Source of the DNA: Octopus sinensis
Lineage: Eukaryota
Reading direction: 5' to 3'
Length of the DNA: 64,000 nt
Assembly (NCBI RefSeq): GCF_006345805.1
Contig: NC_043011.1
Coordinates: 54,696,464-54,760,463, forward strand
Shown: positions 1 through 11,881 of the stretch, piece after piece
Layout of the letters: each line of letters opens with the position of its first letter
How positions within the stretch are numbered: position 1 is the stretch's first letter
Notes under the pieces: generated by a model
What the model was told of the DNA's origin: nothing
The model's input: only the letters and a program-made list of their open reading frames with translations
Database searches by the model: none
Translations under genes and position numbers: made by a program

Positions 1-600
1 CAAGGCTGAGTCATCGGCGTAATCCGGATCTGTGATTGTAAAAGCTCGGTATTTGGAACTTCCTTTTGTTGGGATCTACTTAAGTGCAAAGAAAGGATCA
101 AGATAAAGTAAGAATGGAAAATGGACAAGCGTATCTCCTTGTAAAACAACACAAAGAATGAAATAATTCTGTGTTTCCTTCAGGTAAATCTACCTTTTAT
201 CAAGTCTTTTTGTAGAGCATCATTATTACACCTATTATTTCTTGAGGGATTTCAGAAGCTTGTAGAATTTGTAGCATCTTAAAATTCACCAGTAACAGAA
301 TGGCAGGAAGCCCTTTTTTTGCCCCAATGTCATCTATAATTCATCTGAGAGTTAATATTTACCCAGTTGTCGAATGATTCTTTCAGAATTTATTCTGGTT
401 TCTAATAAAAACTCTTAATGGGTTCCGGCCATATATGGTGGTCGTATATCATTATGTCATCATTCTTTACAACAACAGCTGTTAAAGAAATACTCCGATA
501 ATTCCGTCCAAAGTCTAAATCACTTTTTATAGGGAAAAGATCCATTTACTGGATGGGTTACGATCGTAGATAGAGTTGCGCAGTCGGAGAAGTACAGCAG
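1..600 (-). mobile_element. Degenerate RTE-type LINE reverse transcriptase fragment
   Basis: Minus-strand translation across stops and frameshifts gives NYRSISLTAVV, RNQNKF, KMLQILQA..IP..II..IMMLY, VLQGDTL and ITDPDYADDSAL. It runs off the window edge. Confidence 0.85.
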
Positions 601-1758
601 TAAATACTCCAGCTTTCCGGACCGCTTGGCGGTATGTTACCTCAGACAGGAACTCTTTCTGTTTTCGATTTTAGTCAGAGCTTCTGTCAATTTATAAGCT
701 TAACTTATCCAGTTTGATATTCAGTTTGTGTTTTATGATTGTTACTAAAGATTATTGCCGCTGACTGATGTTTTCCCCAAAAAATTCCGACTTTATAAGA
801 TTGTCTCATTAATTCGGATTAATTTGGTGCGCGAGCAAAACTGAAGTTTATTTACATTAAATTAAAAGAAGCAGTTACTAAATACATCGGAAACCACACA
901 CGGTGCATTGAGGTTTTGTATGCGTTCCTTTAATTATTATTTTGACTTTTTTTTTTTAATTTATTGTTGATCTTCATGAAAGACTGTCTTCCATTTGCCG
1001 ATCGTTGATCGATCACGACTGCTTTTAACTGAAAAACAAATCAACCACATCTGGATATATTTACTCTAATCCAGTCAATTACAGGAAGTTTTAGTAATGA
1101 TTATCCGTTTATAGATTGTCTTCTGATGTGGCCACACTTCTTGACTGGTAGCAAACCTCCGTTCATTAACAATTATAACGCTAACAACGTAGATGACACA
1201 TTATGCGGCAAAAAGAGATTACCAATCAGTCTGTAACTAAAAGCTTCGGATCAAAACGTATCGGGACTGGTGCTTTGAAAAGAAAACTATAAAAAGAAAA
1301 CTGCAACACGTATTAATTCGGCATTCAGTCTCCTTCGAACTGGTTCCCTTTTGAAGTCACAGACTTTATCCGGCGTCGTTTCCGTGGATAGCAGCATCCC
1401 TGAAACACCGTTTTTTAGAACAGCGAGCAGTTTTCTCCTCGCATTTTCTTGGATATCCTCTCGATGTCTTGAAATCTTGTTGGGGATCTTCCACTATGAA
1501 GATTGAGGCTTGGTTTTGGGGTCGACCGTTTTCAGAAAGTTTTCCACTTCCTCAACATAATCAATAAGATCCTGCGCAGCTGAAACCCGATCTGCTTTTC
1601 AAAACGACCACACTCTACACACTCTACACACTTTGTTGTCACGCTTTTCTTCGAAGCACTGCTGTAAACAAACGGAAGTGAGTGAGAACGTTATAACTTA
1701 GTGTGCATGCGTGTCAGCGTTCAAGGCCAAACGCCTTCACTCTGCGCACTTTGGCATC

Positions 1759-1772
1759 GTTACTATAGCAAC
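1759..1772. promoter_or_regulatory. RFX X-box motif in a CpG-richer promoter-like patch
   Basis: GTTACTATAGCAAC fits the X-box consensus RTHNYY-WT-RRNRAC; ETS-like CGGAAGTG at about 1673-1680. The target gene was not identified. Confidence 0.35.
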
Positions 1773-2188
1773 AGTTCCGATACTTTTTTTGTCAGTAACT
1801 AAAAATATAATCAGTGAGTTTAGGTTCAGAGAGGAATAATGCTTGAATTGACCTTAAAGATTGACTCGAACCTTTGACCCCTTTAGACAAACCCTTTCAT
1901 CGTTCATTCATTTATCTCTTTCAATCAAACTACAACCCAATGTGTTCTTATCAAAATGCAATGTGTTGTTTGATCGTTTCTTTGGGTGTTTAACGCAAGA
2001 AATTGAGTAGAACACAGCAGGAACTAGAAGTGACGAAGATCTAGGTTCACTGACTGGGTTTGGACAGAGTGGCACATGGTTTTCTGGTTCGTGAGAAGAC
2101 AGGCTTTTGTCTGTATGAGAATGAGTGCAACGTATTCAGGAGCGAAAGTTTACATACGAGGCTGATGATCTTCTTATGGATACGGTGT

Positions 2189-2243
<55 letters not shown>

Positions 2244-2700
2244 GCAGCATTACTATCTTGGACATGTGAGCAGTAAGTTAATGGAAGATGCACTTCTGCC
2301 CTTATAGGCATTCACAACTGCAGAATTTACAGACGCCGAAAGGGAAACCTAATGTTTGTTGTCAGTTATAGTGACTGTTAAAGATCATCAGAAATTTTGA
2401 AAAGTGTTTACGTTTGTATCATTTTACGTTCAGTTTAAAATTTAGCTGGCCTATACAGTTTGATTGACCAAAACACTTGGTATGGAGTCTAAATGATGAT
2501 TCAAAGAAAACGTGACAACAGACGGTAACATGGATGCTAGAAGATGTAGTCAGGTGGTAAGTGAATATTCAGCCAATCAATTTTCTTATAGCTTCCTTGC
2601 AGTTGTGGTTTAGGATGTCTATGTGTGTAGCAACAGTAAAAGCAGTAGCAGTATCCCATTGATGTAAATAGTATTGTAATGCGAGTCTTACTTGTGCTTA

Positions 2701-3089
2701 GTGGAGGCGCAATGGCCCAGTGGTTAGGGCAGCGGACTCGCGGTCGTAAGATCGCAGTTTCGATTCCCAGACCGGGCGTTGTGAGTGTTTATTGAGCGAA
2801 ATCACCTAAAAAAAAGCTCCACGAGGCTCCTGCAGGGGGTCGTGGTGATCCCTGCTGTACTCTTTCACCACAACTTTCTCTCACTCTTACTTCCTGTTTC
2901 TGTTGTACCTGTATTTCAAGGGGCCGGCCTTGTCACTCTCTGTGTCACGCTGAATATCCCCGAGAACTACGTTAAGGGTGCACGTGTCTGTGGAGTGCTC
3001 AGCCACATACACGTTAATTTCACGAGCAGGCTGTTCCGTTGATTCGGATCAACCGGAACCCTCATCGTCGTAACCGACGGAGTGCTTCC
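2701..3089 (+). mobile_element. tRNA-derived SINE, family A, full length with 28-bp target-site duplication
   Basis: A box TGGCCCAGTGG, B box GTTTCGATTCC; identical flanks ATTGTAATGCGAGTCTTACTTGTGCTTA at 2673-2700 and 3090-3117. Related copies or heads near 5340-5500, 18885-19180, 50445-50770, 51925-52218(-) and 57190-57477(-). Confidence 0.9.
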
Positions 3090-3829
3090 ATTGTAATGCG
3101 AGTCTTACTTGTGCTTAATTGGGGAATAGAAAACCGATCTGAGTTAGAATATTTTCCTGTCTATGGAGAAGAAAACTAGTTCGGAGGATGTAGTTGTGAC
3201 TCACTCGTCTCTCTTTCGCGTCTCATCAGATACATTCGCTCCACCTCTCTTTGCAAAGTAAGCTTCTTAACTATGCTGATTCGCTAAAATTCCCTAATTA
3301 TTTTTATTTTATTTTTATTTAGATTCCAGTCCTATAACTCGAGTCCTGAAATCGGTTAAGCCAATGATTTCCGTCGGCGAGTGTCTGGAAGAGGTAGAGG
3401 TGTAGTTCTATTTAATCAAATTAAAATGGTTTTAAATTTGTTAAATTTTGCCATGGCGTAGAAAAATCAATTTTATGGATGGATGGATGCAGGCTGGCAG
3501 GATCGTTAAGGACGTCGGACAAAATGCTTGCGTTATTTCTTTTAGCATGTTACCTTCTGAATTCAAATCCCGCCGAGATCAATTTTGGTTTCCGCCTTCG
3601 AGGTCGATAAAATAAAGCGCCAGTCAAGTACTGGGGTCAGTGTTATCTGCTCGTTCCCTCACTGCTAAATTTGTTGGCGTTGATTCCCACAGGGAAATGT
3701 TGTGATCTCAGTCAATAAAACGGCATGGAAATTGGATAACCAGCTTTATGAGCGCTTGGGCTCAAGAATAATAAAGGTTGTTCCGTTGATCGAATCAACT
3801 GAACACTTTTCGTTGTAACCGACGGAGAG

Positions 3830-3916
3830 CCAGGCCAGACCAGGCCGAACCAGGCCAGACCAGGCCGGACCAGTCCGGATCAGGCCGGACCAGGCCGGAC
3901 CAGGCCGGGTCAAGCC
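3830..3916 (+). repeat. GC-rich decamer tandem repeat (CCAGGCCRGA)n
   Basis: About 8-9 units directly after the family A SINE 3' sequence GTAACCGACGGAG. Confidence 0.9.
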
Positions 3917-4959
3917 GTTCAGCAATGGATGCAGGAACCACCACCTTTACCGCACAATTAAGGACTTGAGATGCAGCAAAGGAGTTCCTCGCGGAAAAAG
4001 AGTCTCTCAAAGCATAGGAACTCCTCACAGCAAAGAGCCCTTCATATGTAACATCTACCTGTAACCTAGGGTCAAATAAAGAGTACATGGGTTTCTTCCC
4101 ACCATCCTTACACAAAGTGTTCAGAAGATATTAAACCTTGATTAGGGATCGTTTAATCATCAAGTTTACTCGTACCTTGTTGCGGCGACCAATGCAATCT
4201 GCATTCTGTCGACATAATATTCAATAAAGATCTCTCGAAAAGAACTCTATACAATTACATTTCCATTCTACACTTACATCAGCTCTGACTCTGAGGACGA
4301 TAGAAGTATGGAGCTCATCAGAGCTAAGTTAGTCACTGATGTTCATCACAGACAAAGCTTCAAATCAATATTTATCACATTGATCAAAAAGAGAATTGAG
4401 ACAGTGTGTTTTGTTTGACTGTAAACTGTTCCAACTTCTCTGAGTCAATTTGTCCGGCTCGGGAACCAAAAATCCAATTCCCTTCACAGCTGTAATATTT
4501 CATCCACTTTCCTCTCTGAGCTTGACTCTGTTAGAAAGGACAAAATGTTGCCAATCAAAAAGAAAGAAGCATGAATGAAAGAAATCAGGAGAGTGATAAA
4601 TATAGACTTCTATGTAGACCCAGACTTCTTAAATTTTCTAGGCTATGCTACCCGGAGAAGGAATACTTAAAGGAGTTTATCATTGACCAAGCTTTTGAGT
4701 TTCTCATGTATTATAATGTGAAAGAGCTGTTGAGATGGCAAGAACCTGTGCAGGGGACATACACTCAGGTCGTAAAGGAACTTCATGAATTGGTAAAGAA
4801 TTTATAAGAATAAGAATTTTAAAAAAATGAAGCTGTTGCACAATTACACCGATGTTCTTGCGTAAGTGTTTGGGCTTTTGACATCTCAGAAGAGTGAGTT
4901 TGGAAACAAGATTGGAAATGGGGCTCCGAGAGAAAACCATGCTGATGGGGGAAAGATGA

Positions 4960-5267
4960 TGATGAAGAAGAAGAAGAAGAAGAAGAAGAAGAAGAAGAAG
5001 AGAAGAAGAGGAGGAGGAGGAGAAAAAGAAGGAGGTGAGGGGGGAGGAAGAGGAGGAGAGGGAGGAGAGGGAGAAGGAGAGGAGGAGAGGAAGAAGAAGA
5101 AGAAGAAGAAGAAGAAGAAGAAGAGGAGGAGGAGGAGGAGAAAAAGAAGGAGGTGAGGGGGGAGGAAGAGGAGGAGAGGGAGGAGAGGGAGAAGGAGAGG
5201 AGGAGAGGGAGAAGAAGAAGAAGAAGAAGAAGAAGAAGAAGAAGAAGAAGAAGAAGAAGAAGAAGAA
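4960..5267 (+). repeat. Purine-rich (GAA)n/(GGA)n tract with an internal duplicated block
   Basis: Near-pure A/G strand; an 80-90 bp GGA-rich block occurs twice between GAA runs. Confidence 0.95.
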
Positions 5268-6469
5268 TTGGGTAAATAGCCTAATGTAACACAAAGATGG
5301 ATGGTTGGGTAACCAAAGTTCAAAATTTGAAATCATTTACTTGGACTCGCGGTCGGAGGATCGCGGTTTCGATTCCCAGGCCGGTGTGTGTTTATTGAGC
5401 GAAAATACCTCTAAAGCTCCACGAGACTCCGGCAGGGGGTGGTGGCGGTCCCTATTGTACTCTTTCGCTCCAACTTTCTCTCACTCTTTCTTCCTGTTTC
5501 TTGAGTAATGCTGCGATGGACTAGCATCCCATCCAGCTGGGAGGAACACATACGTCACAGAAACAGGGAAACCGGGCCCATGAGCTTGGCTAGGCTTGAA
5601 AAGGGCGCAGAAATAAATAAAAAATAATTTAACAGTAGGGGAACCAGTTCTGTCTTGAAGACATCTACGTCTACCTTATGTAGGTATCTCAAAACCTTCA
5701 AAAGGATATTAAAGAGCTGTGGGCCCTTGAATCTCATACTATCACAGTATCTAATCCTGTATTTTGATGGCAAGGATGGGATCTTTGGCACAATACGATG
5801 GCACCCTGTCCTTGTGTTAGTGTAACTGTCAACGTCAAAGTCTGGGATAAGAGCAAACGAAAAAAAAAATATCTGTCCTATCGACGCATTTAGAATTTTT
5901 CGTTTCTTTACTACCCACAAGGGGCTAAACATAGAGGGGACAAACAAGGACAGACATACGGATTAAGTCGATTATATCGACCCCACTGCGTAATTGGTAC
6001 TTATTTAATCGACCCCGAAAGGATGAAAGGCAAAGTCGACCTCGGCGGAATTTGAACTCAGAACGTAACTGCAGGCGAAATACGGCAACGCATTTCGCCC
6101 GGCATGCTAACGTTTCTGCCAGCTTGCCGCCTTTCCTGTCGACGCATTTAGAATTTCTGCGAAACGCCGAAACAATGCTATTAAGTATGGCAAGAGTTAC
6201 GTCCCTTATAATTGAAACTTAATGCACGAATCTCTGGCAAGACGAGTCGGTGCCAGACCACTTAACTCGCTAGAAATAGCAATGGCACCAATGAGACATT
6301 AGGTAAAGTAGTCCTACGTATTCCTAAGAGGGCGGATAATCATGACTAAAATGTTTTTGGTCACAAGTCTGCTGAATTAGGATTGACCTGAAGTTTCATA
6401 ACAGTAGAGATGGAAGGTTGAGGTTATTCAAATTTAAAGCAGCCCAACGAATTTAACTCGATATTAAAG

Positions 6470-6508
<39 letters not shown>

Positions 6509-7599
6509 TATATATAATTATAACAATGATTAAGGGCTTAGCAACAAGTTGCTTCACCACATACCGAAAATTTAGAAATAGCAGCCAAAGGACCGCTATT
6601 TATTTTTCTACAAAATATGTCTCCACAGATAATATTTGTAACTCACATAGGTAAAAAGAAGAAAAATAATGAAATCAAACAGTCTTCGATATGTATATAT
6701 ATTTATAATTAATTATTTATATTTTTGTAGAAACATGAACTTTGTACTTCGTTATCCAAATTGTAATTTCGTTTTTTCACCATCGAATTTCAGAGACATC
6801 TCAGCTTTCGCGTGTAGTTTTAGAATGGGAGTTACCTCCCTTGAATCCTTCACCCACTGTTCTGAGAATTTGTATGAAGAATTTGTATGAAGAATTTGAG
6901 CATAAGCAGTATCTGAAGTCGCTAAAGATGCAATAAATTGAATTTCTCTTGATTTAGTTTGTTAGTGATATGAAAACGTGGTTAAATTAGAGCTGGTCCC
7001 CAAAGTGTTTGTTGTAGCTGTAATTGTTGTTGTAGAATTGGCTGCAGCCCCGATCATCGGCTGTGGGTTGAATTAAGAAGGGGCTGATGCTGGGTCAGTT
7101 GTTGTTGTGGTGGTGGTGGTGGTCGTCGTCGTCGTGGTGGCGACGGCAGCGGTGGTGCTGGTGATTGTTGTTGCTGTTGAAAAGTATGTGAAGAATTGTT
7201 GCTGTAGTTAGAGATTTGTGGTTATAAACGCATCACTACACATGTATCTATATGAACAGAGACGGACATTAAAAAGTCATTTTATTTCTACTAATCAGAG
7301 AGGATTATTATTATTCGCGAAAAAGGAAAGAAAATTTTTGAAATTTCCCAAAATATACATTCAGAAAGGATTTTTCTGGTGAGAACTTTCACTGAATAAA
7401 TTTTCCTATTCTTTGAACAAAGTTTATACAGAAATTATTTTGTGTTTTAAAAAAAAAAGCATAACTTTGAAGAAATTGAAAAACAAAATTGCTTGAACTG
7501 AAATCTCTTACGAGTTTAATTTTAAAATACATAGATTTTAAGAAATTGTTACTCTTACTACGGTATTATACCTTAGAATTAATTATTGCGAATATCAGT

Positions 7600-9844
7600 G
7601 CCCAAAAATAACGAATCACTACCGAAAAAGAGAACTGAAGCAATCATTGCTGAATTTCCAATCTGATTCATCTAATAATGCTAAGCAGAAGAGAATTGCA
7701 AACGAAGTTTCACAGCTCAAGGCAGGTCTTGCAAAGTCTTTGACACCCTCATTGCATGATCTAGGATAGGTCTACTGCCAACCAGTGCAGCCAGTTCTAG
7801 CAAAGTTTGATCCAAAACTTTATGGAAATCAGAGACGTGACTTCTCGTCAAGTTGGTATACTGGTCATCCATGGTTAGAGTATTCTCTTTCAAAGAAAGT
7901 CTTGTTTTGTTTTGCTTGTCAGCACTTTAATACTTCTGCTCAAGCTGATACTTGTTTTATTAAGAATGGATATTCTAATTGGCATCATGCAAAAGAAAAA
8001 AACAAAGGTTTAAATAAGCACGCAAACTCTGCATCCCATATCCAAGCTATGGTAACATGGAAGGAACGCCAACAGCGTTTATCCACAACTACATCCGTGT
8101 CTTCAATCTTGCAAAACGATCAGTTGAGCAAAAACTGTTATTATATCAGTTCCATTGTTGATATTGTTTTCATTTTCTTTGTGCACACGAATTGCCTTTT
8201 CGAGGAAACGAAAATGAAGCTTTTCAGGATCTTTATTTGGAAGATGACACGCAGCCTTGTGGTCTTTTTATGAAATTATTCCAGTACACATCAGAGAAAG
8301 ACTCTAAGCTACTGGAATATTACAGCACGATTCCAAAAAATGCGACCTCCACCTCAGCAGCAATGCATAACGAAATCATCGAATTGTTGAAAAGACACGC
8401 TGTCAGCCTCGTGGTCGATGAAATAAAATGTTTCGATGTTCCTAATTTTACGCTGAAATGTGACAGAACGCATGATTTGAGTAATACTGAAAATCTTGCA
8501 ATTGTTATTAGGTACTTGCAAAACGGCAGGATTCTGGAAAAGTTAGTTGCCATGCCAACTACTCAACATTATGATGCTGAAACATTGGCCGACTTGATGA
8601 TTAAGGAATTAACCAACCTTTGCAGTGACCCAAAGCGTATGTTGTTACAATGCTTTGATGATGCTTCTGTGATGTCTGGCAAAATAGGTGGCGCTCAAAG
8701 AAAGATTCAGAATCGACTTGAGGAATATATACCTTATGTTCATTGTCTTAATCATCAGTTGCATCTTGTTGTGGTTAACACAATAAAGCGGATTCCGGAG
8801 TTAGCTACGTTCTTTGACACCATTAATATTCTGCATAATTTTATTAAACGGCCAAAGATAGCTAGTCTCTGGAAAGGATTGAAGTTGCCACGTCTTATGG
8901 AGCATAGGTGGTTGGGTCATTTCACTGCCATAGAAAATCACTCCAAAATTGTTGGTTTGCTAACCGAATGCACAGATTCGTCAGATTCAAAAACGTGTAT
9001 AGAGGCAACTGGAATTTTACATCAAGTTCGTTCCCCCAAGGTTTGTTTTTCTAGCCCTTGTTCTTAGCAAATTTCTGCACATAAATATAGCAGTAGACAA
9101 ACAGCTTCAGAGTCACAAATGTGATATATACCATGGCCTTGGGCTTCTTAAGATTGCCAAGAGTGAAATAACCAAACCGAGAAACTCTTTAATATTTGAT
9201 GAGATTCTGAAACAAATGAGTCAGTTTAATGTTATTGAGGAACGCATGTGTCGAAAAGTTGCGGGTCCCAACGTTTTTCAGATTATGTTGCTGAAGCCCT
9301 GGTACCATCACGACTGGATAACTTTTCATCACAAAATTTATTTCGCCATCATCGATGAAAGCTTGGGAGAGCTAGATAATAGATTTTCAGAGCAAAGCGA
9401 TAGTCTATATTCTTCCTTGGCAAGTCTACTACCAACGTCCGAGACATTTTTGGATTTTGATGCTTTAAAACCTTTGAGCAATTTAGTTAATTGTGATAAA
9501 TCTGCCTTACTTTCTGAACTTACTGTGGCAAAAGCATACATTTCCAAACAAATTATGATGACACTGCTCGATAGTTTGGGATCTTTACGTATTGCAAAGG
9601 ATGCCTTACCAAATGTTTATCTTTTGTATGGTGCAGCATTAACATTGGATCTAGCACAGCTACATGTGAATCATCATTTTTGACACTAACTCGAATTATG
9701 ACACCCTTTCGATGAAATATGAAACACCAGCGAAAACCAAACCTCGTGAAACTTGCTTCTCTTAATAAATACAAATCAAGTACAGAGAAGGACGATTTTC
9801 TTAAATTTTTTGCCTTGCGTTGCCGTAGATTGCAGTTGTATTAA
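7600..9844 (+). mobile_element. Decayed hAT-superfamily transposase (ZnF-TTF / ZMYM1-ZNF862-like type)
   Basis: Overlapping ORFs 7785-8273 (W..HPWLEYS....LFCFACQHF..NW, TTF zinc finger), 8192-9067 (LKCD, QCFDDASVMSG, YVHCLNHQLHLVV, RW) and 9216-9683. A C-terminal dimerisation motif TATCESSF follows in another frame. Frameshifts and stops are present; TIRs were not found. Confidence 0.85.
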
Positions 9845-11881
9845 ATAAATATAACCTGATTTTATTTAATGTTCTGAATTTTTTTGAGAGACTTGGGTCA
9901 TACAGTTCTCATACGACATAATAAAATAAAACATTAAGTCCGTTTAAGAGATAGTACTAGATGCTTGTATTCTCACTGGTACTACTCAAACTCCCGAGTC
10001 GACACATTGCTCATGAGCTGTCGGGTCCGTCAACCCATTGGCATTACTCCACCATATCCTGGTGGACTAATCCATCCATTCTACCTTGGGGCTGTTCTAT
10101 TTCCACACAACAGAGACATAATTAAATTTTATAAACAGTATGGTTTTTAGAGTTCTGTTCAGCGGATGTATTACAAAAGACCCTTAGGAAAAAAGCTCCA
10201 TTACACCAAAGCACATGATGAATAAAAAATAATCCAAATAAAGCTTTATTTCATTACTTATATGTTATATGTTTTAATAAATTGACACTAAATATTCGTA
10301 GCATGGCAACAAAATTACAAAAGCAAAACAAGGGTTTTTTTTTTTCATATATATATATAATCCATTGTTTGTTCAATTAATATTTATGTTCAGCCAAACA
10401 CACACACTGTCAGTTCTAATTATGAATATTTCAACTATTTGACCAACCAAACTATCAACTTGTATTAACAGGTACTTCCTACCAAACTTCTTGTACCAAC
10501 ATGTATGTAAAGAGTGAGACATGGACCCTTAAGGCTGACAGTGTATAACAAGGCTGGCTTTTTGAATTACAGGGCCCAAATGAGAGGATCTCCATTCAAA
10601 TTTCTGCCTCCCTAATTTCACTCAGAATGCTCGTGTCAAACCAAGGCTTTTGGTATTTTCTCAAGAAGCTTTTGAAGTCAGATCAAACCCAGTACACGAT
10701 GATTGCAAAGTGAATTTCTTAAGCATCCGACCATGACTGCAATTTTGTGTACCTCATCGTCATGGACATCATCATCATCATCCTTTTACATCCATTTTAC
10801 TTCTCAGCATGGATTCAATGGGTCACTTTAGATGGGTCACTTCAATGGGTCGCTTTAGATGGGTCAGAGAAACACGTGCATTATTTAGATGTGTCAATAC
10901 ATACATGTGTCTGTGTATGTACGTGTGTGTATGTGTGTATATGTGTGTGTGTATATGTATGTATGTGTGTGTGTGTATGTGTACATATATGTATGTGTGT
11001 GTGGATGTGTATGTATTTGTGTGTGTATGTGTGTATATGTGCATGTATGTGTGTGTGTGATGTCTGTGTTATTAAGAAGATCACTTTGCAACCATGTTGA
11101 TCCAGGTTCAGTCCCACTGCACAGCACCTTAGACAAATGTGTTCTGTTAAAGCTCAGGGCCAACCAAAGCTGTGAGTGGATTTTCCAGGCAAAAACTGAA
11201 AAGAAGCCAGTTGTGTAACTATATACATGTATGTATGTATATGCATGTGTCAGTGTGTGTGTGTCTTAGTCAGGGTGTATATTCCAGGTGTGCTAGGTGC
11301 CATTGCAAATGGCAAATTCATTATACTCATTAATTTAATCATAAATCTTACTGGTAAACTTTTGTTATACCCCTGCTTGAAATTTGGTGGCACAATAACC
11401 ATCATACGTCACTGGTCTCAGTGTGTGTGTGTGTGGTGTGTGTGTGTGTGTTTGTCTGGACAATGAGAAACACTCAGAGTCAATTTTAAAACTAATAAAA
11501 CATCATAAAAGCAGTGTCATTTGTTTGCAGTCTTCCAAGAAAATGTCTGAAGGGAGGAAGAGAAGGGGAGGAGAATATTACCATGCTTGGGACCAGGTGG
11601 GGTGGGGTTGGCAACAGGAAGAGCATCCAGCCAGAAAAAAATCTGGCAACAAAATCTGACTGATGCAAACATGGAAAAACAGACATTAAAACAATGACAA
11701 TGATGATGATGATGATGATATTGATGATATATACAAAACATACATATATATACATATATAGATGTAAATGAGATATGTGTGTGTGTGTTCATATGTATAC
11801 ATATGGAGTGTCAAACATGGAAATAGAAACAGGAGATAAAAAAATAAATATTTCTCTGTGATATTTGAAAGAAAAAAAATT

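Noticed and set aside
1270-1575. Minus-strand protein-like frame (QDLIDYVEEVENFLK..RRRLNAELIRVAVFFL)
   Set aside because: It has an internal stop, no start codon and no recognisable family; it may be decayed coding DNA but cannot be supported.
4704-5336. Poly-Lys/Glu/Ser/Phe ORFs
   Set aside because: They are translations of the GAA/GGA tract, open in several frames and on both strands.
6742-6936. Possible terminal exon (..ELPPLNPSP..LKMQ*)
   Set aside because: No compatible upstream exons were found, and it includes a 13-bp duplication; insufficient evidence.
7240-9960. Terminal inverted repeats for the hAT element
   Set aside because: No convincing inverted pair or 8-bp TSD was found by eye, so the element boundaries are left approximate.
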